Shown here: positions 16,411 through 25,973 of the stretch, piece after piece
How the letters are laid out: the number at the start of each line of letters is the position of its first letter
How positions within the stretch are numbered: position 1 is the stretch's first letter
Translations under genes and position numbers: made by a program
Origin: an uncultured Deferribacteres bacterium
Lineage (GTDB): Bacteria; Zhuqueibacterota; Zhuqueibacteria; Zhuqueibacterales; Geothermadaptataceae
DNA length: 27,654 nucleotides
Reading direction: 5' to 3'
Assembly (NCBI GenBank): GCA_964014485.1
Contig: CAXHAT010000097.1
Location: 1 to 27,654 of the forward strand
Notes under the pieces: model-generated
Databases searched by the model: none
Seen by the model: the letters and a program-made list of their open reading frames with translations, nothing else
What the model was told of the DNA's origin: nothing

Positions 16411-16518
16411 GACGGGCAAAACACGCTAAAGTGGACTACAAACGACCGTGCGTTCTTCTACTCGGGTGTAAGAGAAGCACCGTAGTTCGTAGTCCACGCT
16501 TTAGCGTGACCTTCCGTC
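16411..16518. repeat. GTAG-type REP inverted doublet between the TonB receptor and its partner gene
   Basis: GTAGTCCACGCTTTAGCGTG (16489-16508) is inverted to CACGCTAAAG--TGGACTAC (16422-16439); outer GACGG/CCGTC. Confidence 0.8.
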
Positions 16519-16522
16519 GCCG

Positions 16523-19480
16523 TCAAAATCGGTATCGAACCCCCGCGTCCGTCGTGAAGCCGTAATATTCGATGAAGGACGGCGTGGCTGTTGTTGCACC
16601 GCGAAAATTCTCATCCGGGCGATTATTGAGATTGTTCAAATTTGCGTAGAACTCAACCCGCCTGTTCAACTTCTGCCGCAGCGTCAAATCGATGCGAAAA
16701 TAATCGCCGGAGAAGGAATCGAACAGTGGATTGGTCGAATGAATGAAAGTACTGACGTCGGTTTGGTAGAGAAATGACAGACGGGTTGAGAAGCCTTTTA
16801 AATCGTAACCGATTGTGGCGTTCAGAATGTGGCTGGGCTGGTTCGGCATCCTGCCCACACGCACGGAATCCGTTCTCAAAATTTTGTAATACGTTCGCGG
16901 CCGGAAAGTCCTGATCGAATCGGAATCGACCAGATAAAAACCCTGATACTGCGTTTCGGAATTGATGTGAGTGTAATTCAGGTTCAAAACCATGCCGCTG
17001 AGAGCGGAAGGCAAGTACCACAAATGCGTTTGCCAATCGATTTCGAAACCGTTGTATTTTGCTTCGAACGGATTATTGATAAACGTACTGATAACCGGTC
17101 GGTCGGTCGCGTACCATGCTTCCGGAATATTCGTCCCGGCAAGCAGCGGCGTGATCGACCCGACAATCGGCTGCACGTCCGGGTGCGGCGTGTAGTTGAC
17201 GCTGATGATTAAATCATCGATGCGTTTACGAAAACCCGAGAAAGTCAGCAGGCCGATTTTGTTTTGATAAACGGAGATAGCTGCGTCGTAATTTTCGGAT
17301 TGCGCCGGTCGCAACAGGCCGTTGTTGGCGCGAATGTTCGAGCGAAAACCATTCACTGAAGTGATCGGAGCGTACTGGATATAATCTGGGCGGGTCAGGG
17401 TCTCCGTGCGCGCCAACCGGATTTTCATCCAATTCACCGGCTTCAGTTGCAGGTGCGCCATCGGCAGCCAAAAGGCGTTTTCGCGCACGTTCGTCAACTC
17501 TTGCAAATCGGACGGGTCTTTATCTTCCCAGCCGGACAAAACTTCTCTGAATCGTTGCCCGTTGTATTCGGAAAAATCATCTTCCCAGCGAATGCCGGGG
17601 GTCAGCGTGATCTTGCTTCCCAAATTCAATTCCGCCATCACGTAGGCTGCTTTGTAACGTTCGACGCCGTCGTAATCCTGCCCGCGCGATTCGACGACTT
17701 GCGGGCGATAACTGTCCCCGCTCGTCTGGAGCGCGCGCGTCAATTCAGTCGCTTGATCTGTGCTATAGACAAAGCCAAGGTCAAAATCGCCGTTCAGAAA
17801 ATTGGTTCGCGTGTAGTCGTCTAACAAAAGCGAGACCGGCAGGACGCCCAGGTTGCCGACAATGTTATCCAAATCCCATTGCGGCAGCGCCGCGGAAATG
17901 TCTTCTAACGGCGCATTGAGGTTCCCGGCTCCGCTCCCATAAAGTATGCCCCGACGCCCGGCTTGTTCCTGATCGTTCACACGGTCGAGCCTTCGAATTT
18001 TGCCGCCGGTTTTGATGTACCCCTTGATCGCTCCGCCCAATCGAAAATCCGCCTGAATGTTCAAATGCGCAGTGGAAGTATTTTCGTCTCGCTCAACGCT
18101 TTGTACGAGAATATGCTGCAATCCGGCGAGGGAATCAGGAGTCGCGAATCCGGGAATTTCGTCCGGGTGCGTCGTGTGATCCGGCGCTTGTCCAAAAGCG
18201 TTGGCTTCTTGCCCGAACCGCCAAACAAAATCTTCAGGATTATCGCTCCGGGAAGCCGAACGCGCCACCCCGGCGTCATAACGCAGCCAATCGAAATGCT
18301 GCGTGAAACCGACCGCTCCGGTGAAAATAGATGTGGTTCCGCTGCGCAATTCAAGATCGTAATAATGTCGGTTGTCGCCAATTTGAAAATCATTGATGCG
18401 ATTCAGACCATCGAATTTCCTGCGATTGAAAAACGAATTTGCAGTAATTTTTCCTTTGGGAATGCGGTAGTCCAATACGACGCTGGCGCCGGTGCGTCCG
18501 CGCGTCACGGTTTCTTCACGCAAACCGACCTGATTGACGACGACGACGCGCTCGTTGGTTTGGGGAATCGTCGATTGTCGGTAATTCGCTGAGAATTTAT
18601 CAGCGCTGCGGTCATATTCATCTGTGTTGAAGCTCGCGATCACGCCCAGGTTATTGCTTACAAAACGGTTGCTGAGCGTCGCCGTGATGTTGTAATTGCC
18701 GTAATCTTCCTGCAGCCGATTGTAACCGGTTTGCGCGGAAACATTGAAATTGACGCCTTCGCTCGCCTCGCGCAATCTCAAATCCACGGCGCCGCCAAGA
18801 AAATCGGCGTCCATATCCGGCGTCACGGCTTTTTTGACTTCGATGCCGTCGAGCATGTTTGAAGAAATCAGCGAAAGATCAACGCTGCGGTTGCTTCCCC
18901 CGGTCGATGGAACGCGAACGCCGTTTACCGTGACAGTGTTGTATTTTGGTGAAAGCCCTCGGATGGCGATTTGGTTGGCTTCCCCGCCGCTTCGTTGAAT
19001 GGACACGCCCGGCAGTCTTCCGATAGATTCAGCGGCGTTAACGTCCGGCAACTCCTGAATCCGGCTCTTGGAAACGACGTTGGAAATAGTGTTTGAAGCC
19101 AGTTGCTGGTTGATCGCGGCGATCTGCCCCTCGGCCTGGGCTGTTACTTCGATGACCTCCCCTTGAACCATCTGGAAATCCATATCGATTTGCAGTTCGG
19201 CGGTCTCTCTCGCCCGAACCGTCACCTGGATTTTTTTCTCTTGATAACCGATGTATCGCGCGACGAGAGTATAATCCCCTTCCGGAACATTGGAAATGAC
19301 GAACTTGCCTTCAAGGTTGGTCGCTGCGCCGTAGCTCGTGCCTTCCAGTAGTACGTTGGCGGCGATCAGCGCTTCCCCGGATTGGCCGTCACGGACGACG
19401 CCCTCGATTTTCCCCTGAGCGCCGTACAAAGAAGACGCAAACATAAGCAGCAGAAATGTGCACAACCATTTTCCACGCAT
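16523..19480 (-). CDS. TonB-dependent receptor with N-terminal carboxypeptidase-regulatory-like domain
   Basis: SD AAGGAGAG before ATG 19480; G.V.D...GE.L..ANV...T.L.G.F....P.G.Y.L...YIGY; plug NAAES.GRLPGVS, IEV.KA.TPD.DAD..GG.V; C-terminal VRYRF. Confidence 0.95.
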   Translation of the reverse strand: MRGKWLCTFLLLMFASSLYGAQGKIEGVVRDGQSGEALIAANVLLEGTSYGAATNLEGKFVISNVPEGDYTLVARYIGYQEKKIQVTVRARETAELQIDMDFQMVQGEVIEVTAQAEGQIAAINQQLASNTISNVVSKSRIQELPDVNAAESIGRLPGVSIQRSGGEANQIAIRGLSPKYNTVTVNGVRVPSTGGSNRSVDLSLISSNMLDGIEVKKAVTPDMDADFLGGAVDLRLREASEGVNFNVSAQTGYNRLQEDYGNYNITATLSNRFVSNNLGVIASFNTDEYDRSADKFSANYRQSTIPQTNERVVVVNQVGLREETVTRGRTGASVVLDYRIPKGKITANSFFNRRKFDGLNRINDFQIGDNRHYYDLELRSGTTSIFTGAVGFTQHFDWLRYDAGVARSASRSDNPEDFVWRFGQEANAFGQAPDHTTHPDEIPGFATPDSLAGLQHILVQSVERDENTSTAHLNIQADFRLGGAIKGYIKTGGKIRRLDRVNDQEQAGRRGILYGSGAGNLNAPLEDISAALPQWDLDNIVGNLGVLPVSLLLDDYTRTNFLNGDFDLGFVYSTDQATELTRALQTSGDSYRPQVVESRGQDYDGVERYKAAYVMAELNLGSKITLTPGIRWEDDFSEYNGQRFREVLSGWEDKDPSDLQELTNVRENAFWLPMAHLQLKPVNWMKIRLARTETLTRPDYIQYAPITSVNGFRSNIRANNGLLRPAQSENYDAAISVYQNKIGLLTFSGFRKRIDDLIISVNYTPHPDVQPIVGSITPLLAGTNIPEAWYATDRPVISTFINNPFEAKYNGFEIDWQTHLWYLPSALSGMVLNLNYTHINSETQYQGFYLVDSDSIRTFRPRTYYKILRTDSVRVGRMPNQPSHILNATIGYDLKGFSTRLSFLYQTDVSTFIHSTNPLFDSFSGDYFRIDLTLRQKLNRRVEFYANLNNLNNRPDENFRGATTATPSFIEYYGFTTDAGVRYRF

Positions 19481-19523
19481 ATTGCTCTCCTTTTTAGTTT
19501 TAAAAAACCGAATTTGCATTATC

Positions 19524-19537
19524 CGAAAACGTATTCG
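19524..19537. promoter_or_regulatory. LacI/CcpA-type operator 1
   Basis: CGAAAACGTATTCG, imperfect palindrome with central CG, at the predicted +1 of the TonB receptor promoter. Confidence 0.6.
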
Positions 19538-19540
19538 TAA

Positions 19541-19569
19541 AATCTATCTTAAGGGCAAAGGAGATGCAA
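19541..19569 (-). promoter_or_regulatory. Putative sigma-70 promoter of the TonB receptor
   Basis: TTGCAT (19569-19564)-N17-TAGATT (19546-19541). Confidence 0.55.
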
Positions 19570-19635
19570 TAGATTTTTAACACAATTCTTAAAAAAATTC
19601 TTTTTTGAACTCAAGTTTCAATCGGTAGTTACTCG

Positions 19636-19664
19636 TTGACACGAGATTCGATTCTTTTTAGTTT
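19636..19664 (+). promoter_or_regulatory. Putative sigma-70 promoter of the ASPIC/TPR unit
   Basis: TTGACA (19636-19641)-N17-TAGTTT (19659-19664). Confidence 0.55.
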
Positions 19665-19704
19665 AATCAATGTTAGAATTTGTAACCATTGCTCAGCGAA
19701 ACTG

Positions 19705-19718
19705 CGAAAACGGTTTCG
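19705..19718. promoter_or_regulatory. LacI/CcpA-type operator 2
   Basis: CGAAAACGGTTTCG, 12/14 identical to operator 1. Confidence 0.6.
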
Positions 19719-19755
19719 TTGCCTGAAAACGCTAGCGTTACGCTGGAAATTGCTT

Positions 19756-21501
19756 ATGGCCAAGCCGTTGTTTAACACGTTCGAATTAAGAACTTTTGTC
19801 ACCTTCATTTTGGCGTCTGCGCTCATCGTTGGCTGCACGGATGAAGATGATACGCCAGGCGTGGAAACCTCGTATAGCGACGCAAGTGATTCACAGACGC
19901 CGCTTTTCACCGAAATTTCCAAGTCTATCGGTCTCGCGAATTTCTCTCACATTACCGGAGCGGAGGGCAAAATGTGGCTGCCCGAAACGATGTCCGGGGC
20001 GGGCGGCGTGTTAGATTATGATCTCGACGGTTGGCCGGACGTCGTTCTCGTACGCGGCGCGCGTTGGGAAAACAATGACGTTCCGACGCTCGCCCTCTAC
20101 AAAAATACAGCACAAAAAAGCTTCGTCGAAACAACCAACGAAGCAGGCTTGCAAAATGTACGGGCCTTTCCGATGGGCGTCGCCATTGGTGATTATGACA
20201 ACGACGGCGACCCGGATATATTCCTAACCGCCGTCGAAACGAACATGCTGTTCCGCAATGATGACGGCGTCTTTCAAGAAGTGGGCGCGCAAGCGGGAAT
20301 TGCAGACGAGAAATTGTGGAGCACCGCTTCAATGTGGATCGACGCGGATCGTGACGGTTGGCTTGATCTGTTCGTCGGCAATTACGTCGAATGGGCGCCG
20401 GATATGTACGACTACTGCACCGCCGACGGCAAGCTGAAAAGCTATTGCACCCCGGAATTGTACAACGGTGTTCCCGTGAATTTTTACCGCAACAACGGCG
20501 ACGGCACGTTCTCGAACTGGAGCGAAAAGAGCGGTTTTGCGCAAAGTCAGGGAAAAACGCTCGGCGCCGCTGCGTTAGACGTCAACGACGATGGCTGGCT
20601 CGACGTCGTGCTTGCCAATGACACCCAAAGAGACGAGCTTTATATCAACAACGGCGACGGCACGTTCACGGAAAAAGGCGTTGTCAGCGGCGTTGCCTTT
20701 GACGAAAACGGCAAGGCCCGCGCCGGGATGGGGATCGAAACCGGCGTTGTGGACAATCAAGGGCGAGAAACGATTTTCGTCGGCAACTTCGCGGGCGAGA
20801 TGATCGGCGTTTACCGGCAGACGCAAGGTGAGTTTTTCGCGGATCGCGCCGCCGCTTCGCGCATCGGGCGCTCAAGCCTGCGCACTTTGACCTTCGGTAT
20901 GGTTCTCTTTGACGCAGAATTGGACGGCGATTTGGATCTGTTCACGGCAAACGGTCACATCACGGAGCAATCTGAAAAAGCGGCGCAAAACGCCGTCACC
21001 TACCGCCAGCCGCCGCACCTTTTTCTTAATGACGGTTCGGGGAAATTTACGGACGCCGCGCCAGATTTTGAAGCAATGCAGGTTCGCGCCGTCGGTCGGG
21101 GCGCGGCAACGATTGATTTTGACCGCGACGGCGATTTCGATTTGATGCTCGGCGAAAACGGCGGACCCGTCTATTTTTTTGAAAATCACGCGGCGAATTC
21201 AGGAGCGCATTTCCTGAAAGTTTTCGTGCAAGGCGTGACCTCAAATCGCGATGGCTACGGGACGACTTTGATCGCAGCGGTTGGGGCAAAGAAGTTACAC
21301 CGTCGCATTCGATCCGGTTCGAGCTATTTGTCGCACTCTGAATCGGTTGCGCTGTTTGGTCTGGGCGAGGCGACAAAAGCCGATTCACTTACGGTAAAAT
21401 GGCCAACCGGCGAAGTGCAGGTTTTTCGTGAAATTGAAGCGGATTCGGAATACAAACTGGTCGAAGGCGGCAATCTTGAAATCGTTCGCGAGGTTCGATA
21501 A
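19756..21501 (+). CDS. CRTAC1-like FG-GAP + ASPIC/UnbV lipoprotein
   Basis: Lipobox IVGC; LPETM.G.G..LDYD.DGWPD, multiple DxDxDG blades, AGMG, SNRDG.G, GSSYLS....FGLG, W PTG. Start moved to ATG 19756. Confidence 0.88.
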   Translation: MAKPLFNTFELRTFVTFILASALIVGCTDEDDTPGVETSYSDASDSQTPLFTEISKSIGLANFSHITGAEGKMWLPETMSGAGGVLDYDLDGWPDVVLVRGARWENNDVPTLALYKNTAQKSFVETTNEAGLQNVRAFPMGVAIGDYDNDGDPDIFLTAVETNMLFRNDDGVFQEVGAQAGIADEKLWSTASMWIDADRDGWLDLFVGNYVEWAPDMYDYCTADGKLKSYCTPELYNGVPVNFYRNNGDGTFSNWSEKSGFAQSQGKTLGAAALDVNDDGWLDVVLANDTQRDELYINNGDGTFTEKGVVSGVAFDENGKARAGMGIETGVVDNQGRETIFVGNFAGEMIGVYRQTQGEFFADRAAASRIGRSSLRTLTFGMVLFDAELDGDLDLFTANGHITEQSEKAAQNAVTYRQPPHLFLNDGSGKFTDAAPDFEAMQVRAVGRGAATIDFDRDGDFDLMLGENGGPVYFFENHAANSGAHFLKVFVQGVTSNRDGYGTTLIAAVGAKKLHRRIRSGSSYLSHSESVALFGLGEATKADSLTVKWPTGEVQVFREIEADSEYKLVEGGNLEIVREVR

Positions 21502-21517
21502 ACGCGCAGACAAAAAT

Positions 21518-22576
21518 ATGATGGACAAAATAGCGAGAACATTCTTCATCACATCTCTAATCGTCTTTGTTTTGATTCTCCTCGGTTGTGATGAAAAAGA
21601 ATCCGACCGACCGGCATACGTGCGTCCAAAAATCAGCCAAATGACTTCCTACCTCGTCAAGCGCGCGGAGCATGCGGCGAGAGTTGGCGCTTATGCTACG
21701 GCACTGACGATCTGCGACCGAATCGACGAAGAAGCGCCGGACTACGATTACAGCTACTTCCTGCGCGGCCGGATTTTGACAAATCTTGAACGGCACGAAA
21801 AGGCGCGCGAAGCCTACGAAAAAGTCTATTCCCTCAACCCCGACTTTCCCGCCATTCGCTTCACCCTCGGCAACAACGCCGTCGACCGCCGCAAATCGCA
21901 TAATGCGTTGGACTATTTTAAAGAAGAATTGAAGCTTATTCCTCCAGACGATCCAGTGATCAAAAAGCAAGCGACGCTTTTGCAAATCGGAAAAGTTCAC
22001 AAAGAACTCGGTGAGTTGGATCAGGCAAAGGCGGTTTTAGAACAGGCCATTGCTTTGGATGCTAATCATGATGAAGTGAATAGCGAATTAAGTCAAATTT
22101 ATGAAGAGGAAGGCGAAATTGAACTGGCGCTCGAAGCTGGGTTGAAGGCCCTGGAACTTAAGCCGGAAAGCCCGGATTACCAGTACTTTGCCGGCGTCTT
22201 GCTTTATAAAGCCGAGCGTCCGCAAGAAGCGATTACACTTCTCGAAAAAGCAAAAACAGCGCGTCCCTGGTTTCACGGCGTCTATTTTAATCTTGGGCGA
22301 AGCTTACAAGTTCTCGGGAGACTGGAAGAAGGCGAACAATATTTGTCTATGGTCGACAGCCTGCAAAAACGCAGTTCCGAACTCGGCATGGCGCGAACCG
22401 ACGCAGAAGTTCACGGCGGCGTTAAAAGGTGGATCGATTACGGAAACATGTTGGTTGATGATCAACGGCTCGACGAAGCATTGCAGGCCTACCAGATCGC
22501 GCTTTATACGGAACCGAACGATTCTGCGGCCAAATCAGCAGTTGATCGCGTCAAAAAAACGATGGCAGACAAATAG
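21518..22576 (+). CDS. Tetratricopeptide-repeat lipoprotein
   Basis: Lipobox LLGC; multiple TPR units (A...Y.K...L.P, LG.......G...EA); 16 nt after the CRTAC1-like gene. Confidence 0.85.
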   Translation: MMDKIARTFFITSLIVFVLILLGCDEKESDRPAYVRPKISQMTSYLVKRAEHAARVGAYATALTICDRIDEEAPDYDYSYFLRGRILTNLERHEKAREAYEKVYSLNPDFPAIRFTLGNNAVDRRKSHNALDYFKEELKLIPPDDPVIKKQATLLQIGKVHKELGELDQAKAVLEQAIALDANHDEVNSELSQIYEEEGEIELALEAGLKALELKPESPDYQYFAGVLLYKAERPQEAITLLEKAKTARPWFHGVYFNLGRSLQVLGRLEEGEQYLSMVDSLQKRSSELGMARTDAEVHGGVKRWIDYGNMLVDDQRLDEALQAYQIALYTEPNDSAAKSAVDRVKKTMADK

Positions 22577-22721
22577 CCTTCCGCGAAGTTGCGAAACAAA
22601 TGGATTGCGTGAAAATTCAACAAACGTATTGACGCCTGGATTAATTCGTCCACAAACGGAAAGGAAAGATTGTTAGTGTCTGTAGAGTCATTTTTTGCCA
22701 ATTTTTGGCAAGACTTTTCAA

Positions 22722-22876
22722 AACGCAGAGACGGGAAGGACGCTGAGAGGCGCAGAGAAAACTTAATTTTGGGTTCATTTTGGACAAATCGCAGCTACGA
22801 GAATTCAAAAACAGAACTTCAAAAAATTGTATTAAAAAAACTCTGCGAAGCTCTCCGAACTCCGCGACTCTGCGTT
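22722..22876. repeat. Long imperfect inverted repeat (AACGCAGAG...CTCTGCGTT)
   Basis: AACGCAGAG 22722-22730 / CTCTGCGTT 22868-22876; nested CGCAGAG 22751-22757 / CTCTGCG 22841-22847. Confidence 0.7.
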
Positions 22877-22930
22877 AAGCCACAACGTTGAAAACTTAGC
22901 TTGCCTGGCTCTGGCTCGTCCAGGTTAGGG
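22868..22930 (+). repeat. Bipartite direct repeat, copy 1
   Basis: Block A 22868-22892 matches 27343-27367 at 22/25; block B 22903-22930 matches 27379-27406 at 23/28. Confidence 0.8.
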
Positions 22931-22970
22931 AGCAAGCGCAAGAAACTGTTATGGATAGAGCAGGAATAAT

Positions 22971-23396
22971 ATGGAAACAATAAACGAAAAAGGCTTAAAG
23001 GATGAATCGGTTTTCCCGGATGAACAAGTATTGAGAGCGATACTTGGAAGATCCTACAACGCATTTTGCGAATTGTTGAAACTCTATGATAACAATGACA
23101 TGGTTTATCAATGGAGATATTATCACGATGGAAAAGCATGGCTCTGCAAAGTTCAAAAAAAGAAGAGGACGATAGTCTGGATGTCGGCGTGGAAAGGATA
23201 TGTGCAAGCCGCCATATATTTCCCGGAAAAATACATACAGGAAATTCATAAGCTTGAACTTGGCGAAGACACGCAAGAAAAAATCAGGAAAACCAAAAAT
23301 GTGGGAAAATCGAAGCCGTGCATCTTTGAAATACGAAACAAGAAAATTCTAAAAGACTTCAACAAAGTCATGCAGCTTAAAATTGCTTTGAAATAA
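22971..23396 (+). CDS. DUF3788-like protein
   Basis: L.D...FP....L...LG, W.YY.DGK.WL.K...KK.TI.W.S.W.G.; AT-rich compared with neighbours. Confidence 0.7.
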   Translation: METINEKGLKDESVFPDEQVLRAILGRSYNAFCELLKLYDNNDMVYQWRYYHDGKAWLCKVQKKKRTIVWMSAWKGYVQAAIYFPEKYIQEIHKLELGEDTQEKIRKTKNVGKSKPCIFEIRNKKILKDFNKVMQLKIALK

Positions 23397-23409
23397 GTTT
23401 TCCAAGTAG

Positions 23410-25827
23410 ATGATACTCGACAAACGGCAAGGAACCGCGATTGTGCCTCTGACACAAATTTCACTAAACTCAGATTTGAACAATGACTGGACGCTGACTT
23501 ACGGCCCTCAGGACAAAAACGCTCCGGCCACGCCTGAAGAATTGAAGTCTTGCGACTGGCCGACCATCTCCGCAGCCGTTCCGGGCAATGTTGAGCTTGA
23601 TTTGTTCAACGCCGGCGAAATCGCTGATCCGATGATTGGAAACAACGTCTTTGATTTGAGGAAATACGAGACGTGCCGCTGGTGGTATCGCCGCACCTTT
23701 GCAAAACCGGAAATCCCCGAAGACCATCGTGTCGAATTGCGTTTTGACGGCGTCGATTGCCTTGCCGAAATTTGGCTGAACAACCAAAAAATCGGACGGA
23801 CGGAAAACATGTTCGTCGAGCATCTTTTTGACGTCACCGATCATCTCGAAGACGAAAATGAACTTCATGTTTGCATCTCGTCGCCGATTCTGGAAGCGAG
23901 GAAATACACGCGCGAAGCGTTCGGCGACCGCCATGACATGCACGCGGAAGCGGTTTACATTCGCAAGGCGGCGCACATGTACGGCTGGGATATTTTGCCG
24001 CGGGTGGTGAGCGCCGGGCTCTGGAAAGACGTTTCGCTGCAAATCGTGCCGACGACGCGCTGGAAGTCGGTCTATTGGGTGACAAAATCCGTGCATGTCG
24101 AAGAGAAAAAAGCCGACATGTACGTCGATTGGGAATTCGATACGGATCGTTTGAACATTGACGACCTGAGTTTGCGATTCTTGCTCAAACGCGGCGAGAG
24201 CGTGATTTACGACGAAACGATCAAAGTCTTCACGACCGTTTCCCGCCAGCGCATCTGGAATTTGGAAAACGTTGATTTTTGGTTCCCGCGCGGTTTCGGC
24301 GAACCGGCGCTTTACGAAGCGATTTTGGAGCTGATCGACAGCGAAGGAACCGTGCTGGCGCGCGACACGCAGAGAATCGGGATTCGCAAAGCCGAACTCG
24401 TGTTGTCTGAAATCCATACTGACGAGCAGCCCGGGGATTTTTATTTTCGCATCAATGGTGAGAAGATTTTTGCCAAAGGAACAAACTGGGTGGCGTTGGA
24501 CGCGATTCACAGCCGCGACCGTGAGCACATCAAACCCAGCGTTGATATGCTCGTCGATTTGAACTGCAATATGATTCGGCTCTGGGGCGGCAACGTTTAC
24601 GAAGCCGACGAATTCTACGATCTCTGCGATGAAAACGGCGTCATGGTCTGGCAGGATTTCGCGATGGCCTGCTCGACTTACCCGCAGGACGCGGAATTCG
24701 CCAAAAAAATCGAGCAGGAAGCGGCGAAAGTCATTTTGCGACTTCGCCATCACCCGTCATTGGTGCTTTGGGCTGGCAACAACGAAAACGACGTTTCTCT
24801 CGAATGGGCGGGCGATCAAACGCACATCGATCCCAACACGGACGTGATTAGCCGCAGGGTTTTGCCGGACATGGTGCGCCGTCTCGATCCGCACACGCCC
24901 TACTTGCCGAGCTCGCCCTACATCAGTCCGGAAGCTTTCAAAATCCACGGTCGCGTCGCGAGTGACGTGATTCCGGAGCAGCATCTCTGGGGGCCGCGCG
25001 GCTATTACAAAGCGCCGTTTTATACGGAAACCAAAGCCGTTTTTGTCAGCGAAATCGGTTATCACGGCTGTCCGAGTCGCGAGAGTTTGGAAAAAATGAT
25101 GGATGCTGAGTTTGTCTATCCGTGGGGGAAAGATTTCGAGTGGAACGACCAGTGGCAGACCAAAGCCGTACGCTCGCATCCCTTTTCCGATGAGCAAATC
25201 AAGCGCAACGATTTGATGATCAACCAGATCAAATGCGTTTTCGGCGAAGTGCCGACCGATCTCGACCGGTTTATTCTCGCCTCGCAAATCGTGCAGGCGG
25301 AGGCGAAGAAATACTTCGTTGAATTCTGGCGCATGTCGAAATTTGACCGGGCGGGCATTCTCTGGTGGAATCTGCGTGACGGCTGGCCCGTGATTTCCGA
25401 CGCCGTCGTCGACTATTGCTACAACAAGAAACTGGCCTACCACTACCTCAAACGCGTGCAAACCGACGTTTGCGTCATGATCGGCGATGCTCGCGACGGC
25501 TTGCCCCGTGAAAGAGGTATTTCCCGGGGCAAGCAGCATCCGGTCGTGGTCGTCAATGATACGCTCAGAGAAGTGGCGGGGACGATGGCGATTCGTGATG
25601 CGGATTCCGGTGAAATCTTGCTCAGGAAATCATTTTTCGTCGAGAAGAACGGCAAGTCCGGCGAAGGGTTTGTGCCCGCGTCTTCTGAAACGAAATTGTG
25701 GTTGATCGAATGGCAAGTGGACGGTGAAAAATTTACCAACCACTACTTGGCTTATCAGCCAACCATTGCGCTCGATGAGTATTTGAAATGGTTGCCGCTG
25801 CTGAAACCGAAGAAGGAGCGTTCGTGA
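23410..25827 (+). CDS. Glycoside hydrolase family 2, beta-mannosidase-like
   Basis: A.VPG.V..DL, F.GVD..A.I.LN, IRK....YGWD, KG.NW, NMIRLWGG..YE...FY.LCDE.G..VWQDF, W.GNNE (acid/base), SE.G (nucleophile); no signal peptide. Confidence 0.92.
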   Translation: MILDKRQGTAIVPLTQISLNSDLNNDWTLTYGPQDKNAPATPEELKSCDWPTISAAVPGNVELDLFNAGEIADPMIGNNVFDLRKYETCRWWYRRTFAKPEIPEDHRVELRFDGVDCLAEIWLNNQKIGRTENMFVEHLFDVTDHLEDENELHVCISSPILEARKYTREAFGDRHDMHAEAVYIRKAAHMYGWDILPRVVSAGLWKDVSLQIVPTTRWKSVYWVTKSVHVEEKKADMYVDWEFDTDRLNIDDLSLRFLLKRGESVIYDETIKVFTTVSRQRIWNLENVDFWFPRGFGEPALYEAILELIDSEGTVLARDTQRIGIRKAELVLSEIHTDEQPGDFYFRINGEKIFAKGTNWVALDAIHSRDREHIKPSVDMLVDLNCNMIRLWGGNVYEADEFYDLCDENGVMVWQDFAMACSTYPQDAEFAKKIEQEAAKVILRLRHHPSLVLWAGNNENDVSLEWAGDQTHIDPNTDVISRRVLPDMVRRLDPHTPYLPSSPYISPEAFKIHGRVASDVIPEQHLWGPRGYYKAPFYTETKAVFVSEIGYHGCPSRESLEKMMDAEFVYPWGKDFEWNDQWQTKAVRSHPFSDEQIKRNDLMINQIKCVFGEVPTDLDRFILASQIVQAEAKKYFVEFWRMSKFDRAGILWWNLRDGWPVISDAVVDYCYNKKLAYHYLKRVQTDVCVMIGDARDGLPRERGISRGKQHPVVVVNDTLREVAGTMAIRDADSGEILLRKSFFVEKNGKSGEGFVPASSETKLWLIEWQVDGEKFTNHYLAYQPTIALDEYLKWLPLLKPKKERS
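25499..25534. repeat. 36-bp palindrome inside the GH2 reading frame
   Basis: GCTTGCCCCGTGAAA-GAGGTA-TTTCCCGGGGCAAGC, 14/15 arm match. Confidence 0.75.
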
Positions 25828-25973
25828 CGACAGCATGCTTTTGTGCAATTTATAATGCGTCCCGGACGATGATTTATCCGAAAAATATGAAACGATTTGA
25901 GTCAGTCAATTCATCGCCGGTCTTAAGAACAAAAGGAAGTAGCTGCACACGAGCTTAAAGAAGGCCTGACGTT

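Noticed and set aside
16523..19480. Calling the receptor susC
   Set aside because: No SusD-like lipoprotein follows and I do not see SusC-specific signatures.
19636..19755. TTG-started extension of the CRTAC1-like ORF
   Set aside because: The TTG is the -35 box; the region holds the promoter and operator.
22868..22930. Canonical integron attC site
   Set aside because: No RYYYAAC inverse core at a suitable distance, no clear L boxes, and no integrase in the window; kept only as an unclassified repeat.
22670..23139. ORFs 22670-22891 (+) and 22819-23139 (-)
   Set aside because: Translations of the repeat element and of the antisense strand of DUF3788.
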